DNA of 64,000 nt from a bacterium (GTDB taxonomy: Bacteria; UBA8248), in the NCBI GenBank assembly GCA_965207065.1, contig OZ242260.1:2720001-2784000 (forward strand), written 5' to 3'. The first letter of the stretch is position 1. Each line of letters starts with the position of its first letter. Under the pieces are notes generated by a model. The model did no database searches and was not told the DNA's origin. It saw nothing but the letters and a program-made list of their open reading frames with translations. Both the position numbers and the translations under genes were made by a program. Of this stretch, positions 16,855 to 26,344 are shown one piece after another.

Positions 16855-17943
16855 GTGAAGCAGATCGGATTGGGCATCATTGGTTCAGGGCGTATGGGGA
16901 GGCTGCGCGCGCATCTGGCGTCGGGTTCGCCCGAAGTCAAATTCCTGGCGCTATCGGATAGAGACCCCGCGCGCGCCAAACTCATCGCGGAGGAGACGCA
17001 GGCCGATTTCCACACGGGCGATAATGAAGAAGTGCTCGCGCACCCCGACGTGGACGCCGTCATCGTCTCGACGCCTGAGTTCGATCACGCAGACGCCGTC
17101 TGCCGGGCGCTGGAGCTCGGAAAGCCCGTGCTGTGCGAGAAGCCGATATCGCTGTCGCTCGATGATGCGGACAGGATTCTCGCGGCGTATGAGAAATCGA
17201 ATACCGAGCTTTTCATCGGCTACACCCAAAGACAAAGGCGCCGTTTCCTGAACGCCAAGGAGCAGATCCAGCGCGGCCGCCTGGGGCATCTGCAGACCGC
17301 GCGCGCCACGCTCTATAACGTCACCACCAACGGGGCGGAGATATACAAGCGCGCCGCCCATGCCGGCCCCGTCACCGACACGCTCACCTACATGGTGGAC
17401 ATCTGCCTGTGGTATTTCGAGGGCAGAAAGCCCAAGCGCGTCTACGCCCAGGGTGGCAGCAAGGTGTTCCCGCACCATCCGATGGGCTGCGGCGACTGGG
17501 CCTGGGCGATCCTCACCTTCGAGGACGGCGGCACCGTGAACTTCGGCTGCTCGTGGATCCTGCCCGACAACTGGCCGGCGAACATCACCTCCATCGACCT
17601 GGAAGTCATGGGCACGGAGGGGGCCATCGCGATAGACGATTCGCACAAGAACGCCGTCATGGCGACGAACAAGGGCGTGCCCTCGCCCTACGTGGACGGC
17701 ATGACGTCCGACGTGGTGTTCCTGGAATCCATGATGGCGGGCGACTGGCTGGTGGGCGATTTCTGGGGGCCGATGCGCGATGAGACGAGGCTGTTCCTGG
17801 AGCGCGTGACGATGGGCCGGAGCGTCTCGCTCGCGCTTCCCGAGCACGCCCGCACGGTGCTCGAGGTGACGCTCGCGATCGAGCACAGCGCCAAGGAAAA
17901 CAGGCCCATCGATTTCCCGCTGACGGGCGTCCATTCCCATTAA
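16855..17943 (+). CDS. Gfo/Idh/MocA family oxidoreductase, paralog 2
   Basis: GIIGSGRMG, VSTPEFDH, VLCEKP; colinear with paralog 1 (shared GPMRDETRLFLERVT). Confidence 0.9.
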   Translation: MKQIGLGIIGSGRMGRLRAHLASGSPEVKFLALSDRDPARAKLIAEETQADFHTGDNEEVLAHPDVDAVIVSTPEFDHADAVCRALELGKPVLCEKPISLSLDDADRILAAYEKSNTELFIGYTQRQRRRFLNAKEQIQRGRLGHLQTARATLYNVTTNGAEIYKRAAHAGPVTDTLTYMVDICLWYFEGRKPKRVYAQGGSKVFPHHPMGCGDWAWAILTFEDGGTVNFGCSWILPDNWPANITSIDLEVMGTEGAIAIDDSHKNAVMATNKGVPSPYVDGMTSDVVFLESMMAGDWLVGDFWGPMRDETRLFLERVTMGRSVSLALPEHARTVLEVTLAIEHSAKENRPIDFPLTGVHSH

Positions 17944-17955
17944 GTCCCATTCGCG

Positions 17956-18327
17956 GTGAATTTCGAAGAAAAAATTCTACTCTCGCATCAAAGTTACGAA
18001 CTCGGAAAAACCGCCTCGGGCGAGCGCTACACGCTCGCCGGCGATCTCGATGCGGAGGGAGCGGCCCGCGTCCTGGAGGCGATGGAAGCTCAGGTATTAA
18101 GCACAGACCTCACGAGCCTGGATTTGGAGGATTTGGAACTTTTGGACGGAGTTGCCGTCGCCCGGATGGTGGACCTCACCCGCCTCCTTTTGAGCGCCTC
18201 CGGGCGAGTGCAAGTATTAAAATCTCCGCAGTCTCTGGCGCACACCCTCTACCGGGTGGGGATGCTGGAGGGCGATTCGCGGCTTGAACTCATCGAACCC
18301 CGCGAGGAAGAGGGCGCGCCCAACTGA
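17956..18327 (+). CDS. STAS-domain protein
   Basis: LAGDLD...LDLEDLELLDGVAV...L pattern typical of the STAS fold. Confidence 0.6.
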   Translation: MNFEEKILLSHQSYELGKTASGERYTLAGDLDAEGAARVLEAMEAQVLSTDLTSLDLEDLELLDGVAVARMVDLTRLLLSASGRVQVLKSPQSLAHTLYRVGMLEGDSRLELIEPREEEGAPN

Positions 18328-18380
18328 GGAAGATTGTGTTGCGCTCTCTCTAATCATAATTCTTGATTTCTGGAGTCTCC

Positions 18381-19265
18381 ATGAGTCCCGTATCACCTGA
18401 CGACCCCTATGAGAGAAAGCGCGTTAAGGTCTTGGACGCGGAGATGGCGTATATCGAACAAGGCGAAGGCGCGCCCATCGTGCTCCTCCACGGCAATCCG
18501 GCCACTTCCTATCTCTGGCGGAACGTAATCCCCCATCTCGAAAGCCTGGGCCGATGCCTCGCGCCCGACCTCATGAACAGCGGGGCGTCGGACAACATTC
18601 CGGGCGGCGGCTGCCGCTACCGGGATCACATCCCTTATCTGGATGCCTGGTTCGAGGCGGTGGGGGCAACGGAAAACGCGTTCTTCGTGCTCCACGACTG
18701 GGGCGCGGCGCTGGGCTTCAACCGCGTCTCGCGTTTCCCCGGGCAGGCCATCGGTCTTGCCTATATGGAGTCCATGGTGCGCCCGCGCCTCTGGACCGAC
18801 ATGCCCGAAGACAGGGTCGCGCAGTTCAAGACGCTGCGAGGCGAGGCGGGGCTTCAGATGGTCATGGAGGATAATTTCTTCGTCGAGACCATGTTGTTCG
18901 AGCGCGGAATCGTGCGCGATTTGAGCGAGGCGGAAAAAGCGGTGTATCGCGCGCCCACGGAGGACCCCCAGAAGAGAAGGCAGACTCATCAGTGGGCGTG
19001 TGAGATTCCCTTCGAGGGGGAACCTCGTGACAACTTCGAGATCGTGAAACGATACAGCGATTACATGCGCGCGAGCGAGAATCTCCCCAAACTGTTCATC
19101 AACTGCGAGTACGGCCACGCGCTGGCGGGGGCCGCGCGCGACTTCTGCCGCACGTGGCCGAACCAGGAGGAGACAACGATACCCACGCGCCACTACGGGC
19201 AGGAAGACTGTCCTGATGAGATCGGCCGCGCCGTGGCGGCGTTTATCCAGAAGGTGAGGGGGTGA
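18381..19265 (+). CDS. Haloalkane dehalogenase (HLD-II-like)
   Basis: LHGNP, SYLWRN, HDWG nucleophile, YMES acid, LPKLFI, HYGQED base. Confidence 0.88.
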   Translation: MSPVSPDDPYERKRVKVLDAEMAYIEQGEGAPIVLLHGNPATSYLWRNVIPHLESLGRCLAPDLMNSGASDNIPGGGCRYRDHIPYLDAWFEAVGATENAFFVLHDWGAALGFNRVSRFPGQAIGLAYMESMVRPRLWTDMPEDRVAQFKTLRGEAGLQMVMEDNFFVETMLFERGIVRDLSEAEKAVYRAPTEDPQKRRQTHQWACEIPFEGEPRDNFEIVKRYSDYMRASENLPKLFINCEYGHALAGAARDFCRTWPNQEETTIPTRHYGQEDCPDEIGRAVAAFIQKVRG

Positions 19266-19393
19266 ATGGGGAATCGCTTCACTGAACGGTGTATGGACTG
19301 AATTGTAGGATTATAGAAACAATGGCTTTCAAACTTTCACATCGAATTCCTCTCATATTTTAGGCGAGAGATCTGAAACGCAAGGAGTATAAA

Positions 19394-19774
19394 ATGCCCA
19401 TATACAGATTCGAAGATTTGAAGGACGTGCGCCAGAACCCCGGCCTCTCCTCGGGGCACGGGGAGACCATCAAGGGGGAGAAGATGTATTTCTGCCACCG
19501 CATCTGGGAGGCGGGCACGGAGGCGAAGCCGCATTACCACGCCTGCGAGCAGTTCATCTACATCATGCGAGGAAGGCAGAAGTTCACGATGGGTGGCGAG
19601 GAGTACGAACTGGGACCCGGCGACGTCATCCACATACCCGCGAACGAGGTCCACGCGGCGGAGATGATCGAAGAAGTCGAGGCCATCTACGTCAAGGACA
19701 CCACCTGGAGCCTGAAAGGCGTGGCCGCCGGCGAAGCCGCCCCCACCGCCCCGCCGCCCGATGATCCGTTTTAG
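19394..19774 (+). CDS. Cupin-domain protein
   Basis: PHYHACEQFIYI...GDVIHIPANEVH; SD AAGGAG. Confidence 0.88.
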   Translation: MPIYRFEDLKDVRQNPGLSSGHGETIKGEKMYFCHRIWEAGTEAKPHYHACEQFIYIMRGRQKFTMGGEEYELGPGDVIHIPANEVHAAEMIEEVEAIYVKDTTWSLKGVAAGEAAPTAPPPDDPF

Positions 19775-19791
19775 GTATAGCCACCTGCATT

Positions 19792-20056
19792 GTAGGGGTC
19801 GCATATATGCGACCCTCATAGAGAAGAGAAGGCCATGGGCATCGCAATCCTTCTTCCCTTGTTGAGGTGCGTTCTTACGAAATCGGCGAATGTCAGACGG
19901 CGGGCCGCATATATGTCAGACATATATGTCTGACCCTACATGAACATCGTGTTTTTAGGGTTGCGGACCCAGCCTGTAACCACGTCAGACATCACCAGGG
20001 AGAAGAAAGGGTAGGGACAGGTCGCGACCTCGGACAGGCACAGGGGCCTGTCCCTA
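19792..20056. repeat. Cluster of GTAG-type REPs between convergent cupin genes
   Basis: GTAGGGGTCGCATATATGCGACCC (19792-19815), an inverted partner at 19902-19939, and a doublet at 20011-20056 that closely matches the reverse complement of 4950-4997 and 14462-14504. Confidence 0.75.
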
Positions 20057-20077
20057 CAGCCGATATCATCCGATTAC

Positions 20078-20494
20078 CTACACGGTCCCGTAAAGCTCCT
20101 CCGCCTTGGCGTCGAGGTGCTTGATGATGTCCGCCAGATCGTCCGGATAGTGGTGGTCGGCGCCCAGGTCGGGGTCTTCGGCGGGTGATTTCGCCACGAA
20201 CATCACCGCTTTTTCCGTCAGCGTCCTGCCGCCGTGGAGCGTCCCTCTGGGGATGTGAAGTATGTCGCCGGGGCCGATGATTCGCTCCTCATCGCCGAGT
20301 CTCATGTATCGCTTGCCCTCGATGATGTAGACGTATTGTTCCTCGTTGTTGTGCCAATGAGGTTTGGAGCCCGTGCCCCTGCGGTAGGTGACCACCCCCG
20401 CCTTCATGAACTCCCCGGCCAGGGGCTTGTACTCGCCCGGGTTTCCCGTGCTGAGCTGTACGTTCTCGATGGTCTCTGTGCTGTAAAATGGCAT
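20078..20494 (-). CDS. Cupin-domain protein
   Basis: PHWHNNEEQYVYI...GDILHIPRGTLH. Confidence 0.88.
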   Translation of the reverse strand: MPFYSTETIENVQLSTGNPGEYKPLAGEFMKAGVVTYRRGTGSKPHWHNNEEQYVYIIEGKRYMRLGDEERIIGPGDILHIPRGTLHGGRTLTEKAVMFVAKSPAEDPDLGADHHYPDDLADIIKHLDAKAEELYGTV

Positions 20495-20648
20495 TTTATG
20501 CGCTCCTGCAAGTGTTGTGCATACGAGATAGTTGCCAAAAGGACCCGCGAATCATAACCCGATTCCAAGAAAAGCGTCATCTCGCGTATACTTTCATCAT
20601 CCGAGAGAGTTGTTTTATTCCAGATTCTTGCATTTGAGGAGAGAGCGC

Positions 20649-21827
20649 ATGGTCGTCAACGCGGTACGCAAGGTTCCATGGTTCACATACTTTCCCGACA
20701 ATTATCGCTGGTCTTTCATCGTCTCCATCGGCCTGATGCGCGTGGCGGGCGGCGGGGCCGATACGGCGGAAATTTTTGAGGTCTGCAGGAATCTGGATAG
20801 AGACGTCGGCAACGACGATCTCTGGTTCGATGAGTGGGCAGGCATGGGTGATCGTTTGCGGGCGATGGGGATGGCGGCTTTGCGGCGCGGCCACGACCTC
20901 ACGGCGGCGGGCCATTTTTCCCGTTCCGCCACCTATCACCAGATGGCCGATCGGTTCCGTTTCCCGAAGGACAAGGTATCGCAGGGCGTGTACCGCAAAT
21001 CCATCGACAGCTTCAAGCGCTACGTCCGCCTGAACGACAGGCCGAAGACGGAGATCGTCGAGATTCCCTATGAGGGGGGCAAATCGCTGCCCGGCTATTT
21101 CATCCACGCAGAGAATACGCGTAAATCAAAACCGCCCGTGGTCGTGCTCTACACAGGTTTCGACGGCACCAAGGAATCGCCCATGGTAATCTCGGCGTTG
21201 GAACTCGCCCGGCGCGGCATGAGCGTGGTGGTGCCCGACACACCGGGCGTGGGCGAGGCCATCCGCTTCCGCAAGATTTACCTGAGGCACGACTACGAGG
21301 TGGCGGGCTCTGCGGTTCTCGACTGGCTGGAGAAGCGTAAAGACGTGAACGCGAAGCGCGCCGGCATCATGGCGTCGAGTCTGGGTGGATACTACGCGCC
21401 CAGGACCGCCAGCATGGAGCGCCGCTTCAAGGCTTGCGTCGCCCACGGCGCGATTTGGGATTACCACGCGATCTGGAAAAGGCGCATCGACGCGGCGTTC
21501 AAGATTCAGCTCCCCTCGCCGGGCAACCACCTGGCGTGGAGCTTCAACGTCAAGACGGCGGAGGAGGCCCTGGCGAAGCTGGAAGGCTTCCGGCTCGACG
21601 GCGTGGTGCAGAAGATGAAGTGCCCCTTCCTGCTGGTGCACGGGGAAGACGATCAGCAAATCCCGCTCGCGGACGCGAAATCGCTCTACAAGGCGGCGGG
21701 TTCCAAGGACAAGACGCTCCGGGTCTACAAGGGGACCGACGGCGGTTCCCAGCATTGCCACATGGATTACATCACGCCCGTCGTTGGGCACATGGCGGAC
21801 TGGATGGCCGAGAAACTGGGCGCGTAA
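20649..21827 (+). CDS. Alpha/beta hydrolase, 2,6-dihydroxypseudooxynicotine hydrolase/FrsA-like
   Basis: GFDGTKE, DTPGVGE, ASSLGGYYA nucleophile elbow, HGEDD, QHCH. Confidence 0.8.
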   Translation: MVVNAVRKVPWFTYFPDNYRWSFIVSIGLMRVAGGGADTAEIFEVCRNLDRDVGNDDLWFDEWAGMGDRLRAMGMAALRRGHDLTAAGHFSRSATYHQMADRFRFPKDKVSQGVYRKSIDSFKRYVRLNDRPKTEIVEIPYEGGKSLPGYFIHAENTRKSKPPVVVLYTGFDGTKESPMVISALELARRGMSVVVPDTPGVGEAIRFRKIYLRHDYEVAGSAVLDWLEKRKDVNAKRAGIMASSLGGYYAPRTASMERRFKACVAHGAIWDYHAIWKRRIDAAFKIQLPSPGNHLAWSFNVKTAEEALAKLEGFRLDGVVQKMKCPFLLVHGEDDQQIPLADAKSLYKAAGSKDKTLRVYKGTDGGSQHCHMDYITPVVGHMADWMAEKLGA

Positions 21828-21921
21828 GGCCGGACAGGAGTTTAATGTGGCGCGACTGAGCCGGCTATACGTGCATACCTGCACGAGCGCAGGCGTTTGA
21901 CGCGTGATTGAGGAGTCATAG

Positions 21922-22743
21922 GTGGCGAAGCTGGAAATCGAGAGCCGGGGAAAAGTCGAGGTCTATTACGAGGAAGAGGGCGCGGGTGAGCCTTTGGTGA
22001 TGGTGGGCGGCTTGACGGCCACGGTGGAGGTCTGGGGCAAGCTCCGGGGTCTGCTTGCGGCGAAGTACCGCCTCGTCATGCCGGACAACCGGGGGACGGG
22101 CCGAACGAAGGCGCATCAGGACGACGGCGACCGCGCCCCGGCGCGCATGGCGGAAGACTTGCTGGGGCTGGTCGACGGGCTGGGCCTGGATTCTTTCCAC
22201 CTGATGGGCGGCTCCTACGGCGGGACCATCGCGCTCTCATTTGCGGTGAAACACCCCCAAAGAATAAAAAACCTCATCGTCGCATGCTCTCATTTCGGGG
22301 GAGACGATAAGGTCGCATCCGCTCCGGGCGTTCGCGAGACGCGCGCTAGGGGCGGTGCGCCGGATGCGAATGATGAAGAACGCCGCGCGGCCCTGGAGAC
22401 GCTCTTTCATCCCGAGACGATAGACGAACGTCCCGAGGTGGTCGCTTTCTATGACGGCTTCAAGCGCCGTTTCCCCATCAGCAAAGAGGAGATAGCAAGG
22501 CGCAACAAGGGGATGGCGGAATTCGACGTATCAGAACAGATTAAATCTCTGGATGTGCCTACGCTCGTCATCACGGGCGAGAGCGACGTTCTCGTGCCTA
22601 CCAAGAATTCAAGACTCATGGCCGGGCGGATTCCGGGCGCCGAGCTGGTAATAGTCGAGAACACGGGCCATCACTTCTATTCCGAACGCCCGGAAGCCTC
22701 GGCCGAGGCGATTCTCAGGTTTCTGTCAAGGACTACAACCTGA
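21922..22743 (+). CDS. Alpha/beta hydrolase, enol-lactonase-like
   Basis: DNRGTGR, GGSYGG, GESD, TGH. Confidence 0.85.
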   Translation: MAKLEIESRGKVEVYYEEEGAGEPLVMVGGLTATVEVWGKLRGLLAAKYRLVMPDNRGTGRTKAHQDDGDRAPARMAEDLLGLVDGLGLDSFHLMGGSYGGTIALSFAVKHPQRIKNLIVACSHFGGDDKVASAPGVRETRARGGAPDANDEERRAALETLFHPETIDERPEVVAFYDGFKRRFPISKEEIARRNKGMAEFDVSEQIKSLDVPTLVITGESDVLVPTKNSRLMAGRIPGAELVIVENTGHHFYSERPEASAEAILRFLSRTTT

Positions 22744-23570
22744 TGAAGGTTCCCGCTTTTGAGACGCTGCTGTTCGAGGTGCGCGGCCACGTCGCGATCG
22801 TGAGCCTGAACCGCCCCGAGCGGCTGAACGCCATGAACCGCGTCATACTGCGCGAATTGAACGAGGCGTGCGATTTCATCGAGGCGGAAGACGCCCTGTT
22901 CGTCGCCGTTCTCACCGGAGAAGGCAAGTCGTTTTCCTCAGGCTTCGATCTCAAGGAACAGGCCGAGAACACGCCGGTCGGTTTCGCCGAGTGGCGGCGC
23001 GCGCTCAGGCAGGATTTCGACGCCGTCATGCGCTTCTGGAACTTATCGAAACCCACCATCGCCGCCGTGCGCGGTCACGCCTTGGCGGGAGGCTGCGAGT
23101 TGGCTTTGGCGTGCGACGTCACCGTGGCGGCGGAGGACGCCGTGTTCGGCGAGCCCGAGCTCAAATTCGGCGCGGGGATTGTCGTCATGCTCCTGCCCTG
23201 GCTCACGAACCCCAAGCTGGCGAAGGAGATCATCCTGACAGGAGAAGACGGCGTATCTGCCCAGGACGCCCACCGCATGGGGCTGGTGAATCGCGTGGTT
23301 CCCGAAGCCCAGGTGATGGATACTGCGATGTCACTGGCCGGGAAAATGACGCGGGTGGACCAGAGCCTCTTGCGGGCCACCAAGCTTGCGCTCAACCGCA
23401 CATACGAGATCATGGGGATGGGCCGCGCCCTCGAGGCCGCGCTCGACCTGGATCTGATGATCGAGGGCAGGGGCACGGAGGATAAGGCCCGCTTCCTGGA
23501 GATTGCGCGGACCGAGGGCCTCCGCGCCGCCGTCGCCTGGCGCGACGCCAGGTTCGAGGGTTCGGAATAA
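22743..23570 (+). CDS. Enoyl-CoA hydratase/isomerase family protein
   Basis: LNRPERLNAM, FSSGFDL, ALAGGCELALACD, FGEPE. Confidence 0.9.
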   Translation: MKVPAFETLLFEVRGHVAIVSLNRPERLNAMNRVILRELNEACDFIEAEDALFVAVLTGEGKSFSSGFDLKEQAENTPVGFAEWRRALRQDFDAVMRFWNLSKPTIAAVRGHALAGGCELALACDVTVAAEDAVFGEPELKFGAGIVVMLLPWLTNPKLAKEIILTGEDGVSAQDAHRMGLVNRVVPEAQVMDTAMSLAGKMTRVDQSLLRATKLALNRTYEIMGMGRALEAALDLDLMIEGRGTEDKARFLEIARTEGLRAAVAWRDARFEGSE

Positions 23571-23890
23571 AAGTTCCCCGCTAAATCCCGATTCGGCTAT
23601 GATGCGTGGTTGAATCGGGCAATCACCTCGCACGCTCCCAAAGAGGCTTCGCCCCGATAACAAAAAAGCCACCAAGGTCCGCATCATCAACAAACATCAT
23701 TGAGAGAGGCGTGGTGGCTATGTTGGATTCAATATACGGGTCGAGTCGTAGTGATATCAAGCGAAATCAAAATCGAAGTTTGCACTATTTTTGGATGAGT
23801 TTGATAAAGAAGTTGTCTGCATTTCGTGTTCGGTATACATAGCTACTTTGATTTGATATTTTTTGTTCACTCTAGGAGGGAAGTTAAAAG

Positions 23891-24451
23891 ATGCACCCAC
23901 TCATCAAGAACAGAAGAAGCCTGCGCGCGTTCAACGGCGTGCCGCCCGAGCCGGAAAAAATCGAAGCCCTGCTCGAGGCGTTCCGCTGGGCGCCGTCCTC
24001 GAACAACCGCCAGCCCTGGCGCGTCATTGTGGTGGAATCAGAAGCAGCGCAGGCGAAGTTCAACGAATGCCTGAGCGAGGGGAACCGCCAGTGGGCGGTG
24101 GCCGCCCCGCTCAAGATGATCATCTTGGGAAACCCGGAAGAACAGCCTGAGCGCAACGGGCAGGATCGCTACCTGCTCGACGTGGGCATGGCGCTCGAGA
24201 ATCTCCTGCTCCAGGGCAGTGATTTCGGGCTGACCGTGCACGCCATGGCGGGCTGGGACGAGGCGAAGGTGCTCGAGAGTTTTGGCATTCCCGAGCCGTT
24301 TCGCGTCGCGGCCCTCTTCGCCGTGGGCTATCCGGGCAAGACCGAGGAACTTCACCCCGACGTACAGGCGAAGGACAACAGGCCGCCCGCGCGCAAAGAC
24401 CCCGCCGAGATTTTCTTCCGGGATTCGTTCGGCAATGCGTCTAAGTCTTGA
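23891..24451 (+). CDS. Nitroreductase family protein
   Basis: RRSLRAF, WAPSSNNRQPW, VGYP. Confidence 0.9.
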   Translation: MHPLIKNRRSLRAFNGVPPEPEKIEALLEAFRWAPSSNNRQPWRVIVVESEAAQAKFNECLSEGNRQWAVAAPLKMIILGNPEEQPERNGQDRYLLDVGMALENLLLQGSDFGLTVHAMAGWDEAKVLESFGIPEPFRVAALFAVGYPGKTEELHPDVQAKDNRPPARKDPAEIFFRDSFGNASKS

Positions 24452-24479
24452 AGTAGGTTTTTTGCGGCGCATTTCGCGT

Positions 24480-24508
24480 TTGACCCCATCGTCCCAACCC
24501 CCTAGAAT
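24480..24508 (+). promoter_or_regulatory. Sigma70-type promoter upstream of the S2P-trpS-ileS cluster
   Basis: TTGACC-N17-TAGAAT. Confidence 0.55.
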
Positions 24509-24606
24509 CCAGCGGGTTTGCGGGATGAGGCGCCCGGCTTTGTGATTTTCAGGGGTTCATGTCGCCTGCTTCATTGTCGCCTCTCTTGACGGGGTAAGGG
24601 ACTGCC

Positions 24607-25278
24607 TTGTTCTCATCCGACTTTATTCAGCAGTTGCTGATCGCGGTGCCGGCCATTCTGCTGGCGCTTACCTTTCACGAGGTGGCGCACGGCTGGATGG
24701 CCGACAAGCTGGGCGACAACACCGCGAGAATGCTGGGCCGACTGAACCTGAACCCCATCGTGCATCTCGATCCGCTGGGGACGCTCGCCTTCGTCATCTC
24801 CATGGTGGGGGGCGTGGGCTTCGGCTGGGCGAAGCCGGTGCCGGTGAATCCGGGCAACTTCCGCCACCCAAGGCGCGGGATGATGTGGGTGGCCCTCGCG
24901 GGACCGGCGACGAATTTCATACTGGCGATCATCAGCGGTTTTTTGTTTTCCCTGCTGCGCGGCTCGGGTATGGGCTACACCTTCGTGGGCGAGCCGCTCA
25001 TGTTGATGCTGCGGGCGAGCTTCACCATCAACACCGCGCTCGCGGCGTTCAACCTGATTCCCATCCTCCCCTTCGACGGGGGCAGGATCGTCATGGGGCT
25101 TTTGCCGAGAAGATTGGCGTGGCAATACTCGCGCAGCGAGCCGTTCGGCTTCTTCATCGTGCTGGGCCTGCTGCTGCTGGGCGTACTGCACACGATCATG
25201 ATGCCGATTTTCGTCGCCCTGGCTACGGCCGAGCAGGTTTTTGTGTTAAATCTTCTCAGAATCTTCGGATTGGCGTAG
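24607..25278 (+). CDS. Site-2 protease (peptidase M50)
   Basis: HEVAH and FNLIPILPFDGG. Confidence 0.92.
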   Translation: MFSSDFIQQLLIAVPAILLALTFHEVAHGWMADKLGDNTARMLGRLNLNPIVHLDPLGTLAFVISMVGGVGFGWAKPVPVNPGNFRHPRRGMMWVALAGPATNFILAIISGFLFSLLRGSGMGYTFVGEPLMLMLRASFTINTALAAFNLIPILPFDGGRIVMGLLPRRLAWQYSRSEPFGFFIVLGLLLLGVLHTIMMPIFVALATAEQVFVLNLLRIFGLA

Positions 25279-25314
25279 CGGGTTTTTTGTAGTGAGTGGA
25301 AGAAGGATACACGG

Positions 25315-26337
25315 ATGACGGACAGCCAGAACCGGAAAAACCGGCCGACGCGGTTTCTCTCCGGCGTGCAGCCCTCGGGAAAACTGCACCTGGGCAATTA
25401 TTTCGGCGCGCTCAAGCAGCACATCGCGCTCCAGGACGAGGCCGAGGCCTTCTACTTCATCGCGAACTACCACGCCATGACGACGGTGCAGGACAGAGAC
25501 CTGCTTGCGGAGCAGACGCTTGCCGTGGCGATGGACTATCTCGCTTTGGGTCTGGACCCTGAAAAGGCGGTCTTCTTCCGCCAGTCCGACGTGCCCGAGG
25601 TGAACGAACTCGCCTGGATGCTCTCCGCCGTCACGGGCAAGGGGCTTCTGGACCGCGCCACATCGTTCAAGGACAAGGTGGCGAGAGGCATCACTCCCTC
25701 GATGGGACTCTACTATTACCCGATGCTCATGGCCGCCGACATCCTGATCTACCGCTCCACCATCGTGCCGGTGGGAGAGGATCAGGTTCAGCACCTCGAG
25801 ATGACGCGGGACATGGCGCTGGCGTTCAACAACACCTATGGGGAGATATTTCCCCTGCCCACCGTCAGGCTCGACGCAGGCGCGAAGGTGCCGGGCCTCG
25901 ACGGCCAGAAGATGAGCAAGAGCTATGACAACACGATAGAGATTTTCGAGGAGGGGAAGAACTTAAGGAAGCGCGTGATGTCTATCGTCACCGACTCCAC
26001 CCCGCTCGAAGAACCGAAAGACCCTGACGCCTGCAACGTGTTTTCCCTGTTTGAACTGTTCTCCGGTGAAGCGGAACAGGAAGAGTTGCGGGTTCAATAC
26101 CGGACGCCCGGGTTCGGCTACGGCAATGCGAAGCAGATTCTCTTCGAGAAAATGGATGCGTATTTTGGGCCTTACCGGGAAGAGAGAAAACGCCTGGAGC
26201 AGGATGTCGGCTATGTAGAAGGCGTCCTGGCCGAAGGGGGCGCCAGGGCCAGAGCGGAGGCGCAAGAGACGATGCGCCTCGTCAGGGCGGCGGCGGGAAT
26301 ACCCGGGATGCCCGTATCGGCGGTGAATCAAACGTAG
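25315..26337 (+). CDS. trpS: Tryptophan--tRNA ligase
   Basis: QPSGKLHLGNY, VPVGEDQ, KMSKS. Confidence 0.96.
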   Translation: MTDSQNRKNRPTRFLSGVQPSGKLHLGNYFGALKQHIALQDEAEAFYFIANYHAMTTVQDRDLLAEQTLAVAMDYLALGLDPEKAVFFRQSDVPEVNELAWMLSAVTGKGLLDRATSFKDKVARGITPSMGLYYYPMLMAADILIYRSTIVPVGEDQVQHLEMTRDMALAFNNTYGEIFPLPTVRLDAGAKVPGLDGQKMSKSYDNTIEIFEEGKNLRKRVMSIVTDSTPLEEPKDPDACNVFSLFELFSGEAEQEELRVQYRTPGFGYGNAKQILFEKMDAYFGPYREERKRLEQDVGYVEGVLAEGGARARAEAQETMRLVRAAAGIPGMPVSAVNQT

Positions 26338-26344
26338 AGGTTGA

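Noticed and set aside
14416-20056. CRISPR array interpretation of the palindromic repeats
   Set aside because: Repeats are dispersed inverted pairs, not regularly spaced direct repeats, and no cas genes are present.
24509-24606. T-box leader ahead of trpS/ileS
   Set aside because: Leader is too short and lacks the AAGGTGG-ACC T-box motif; only a short TCA(T)TGTCGCCT duplication is present.
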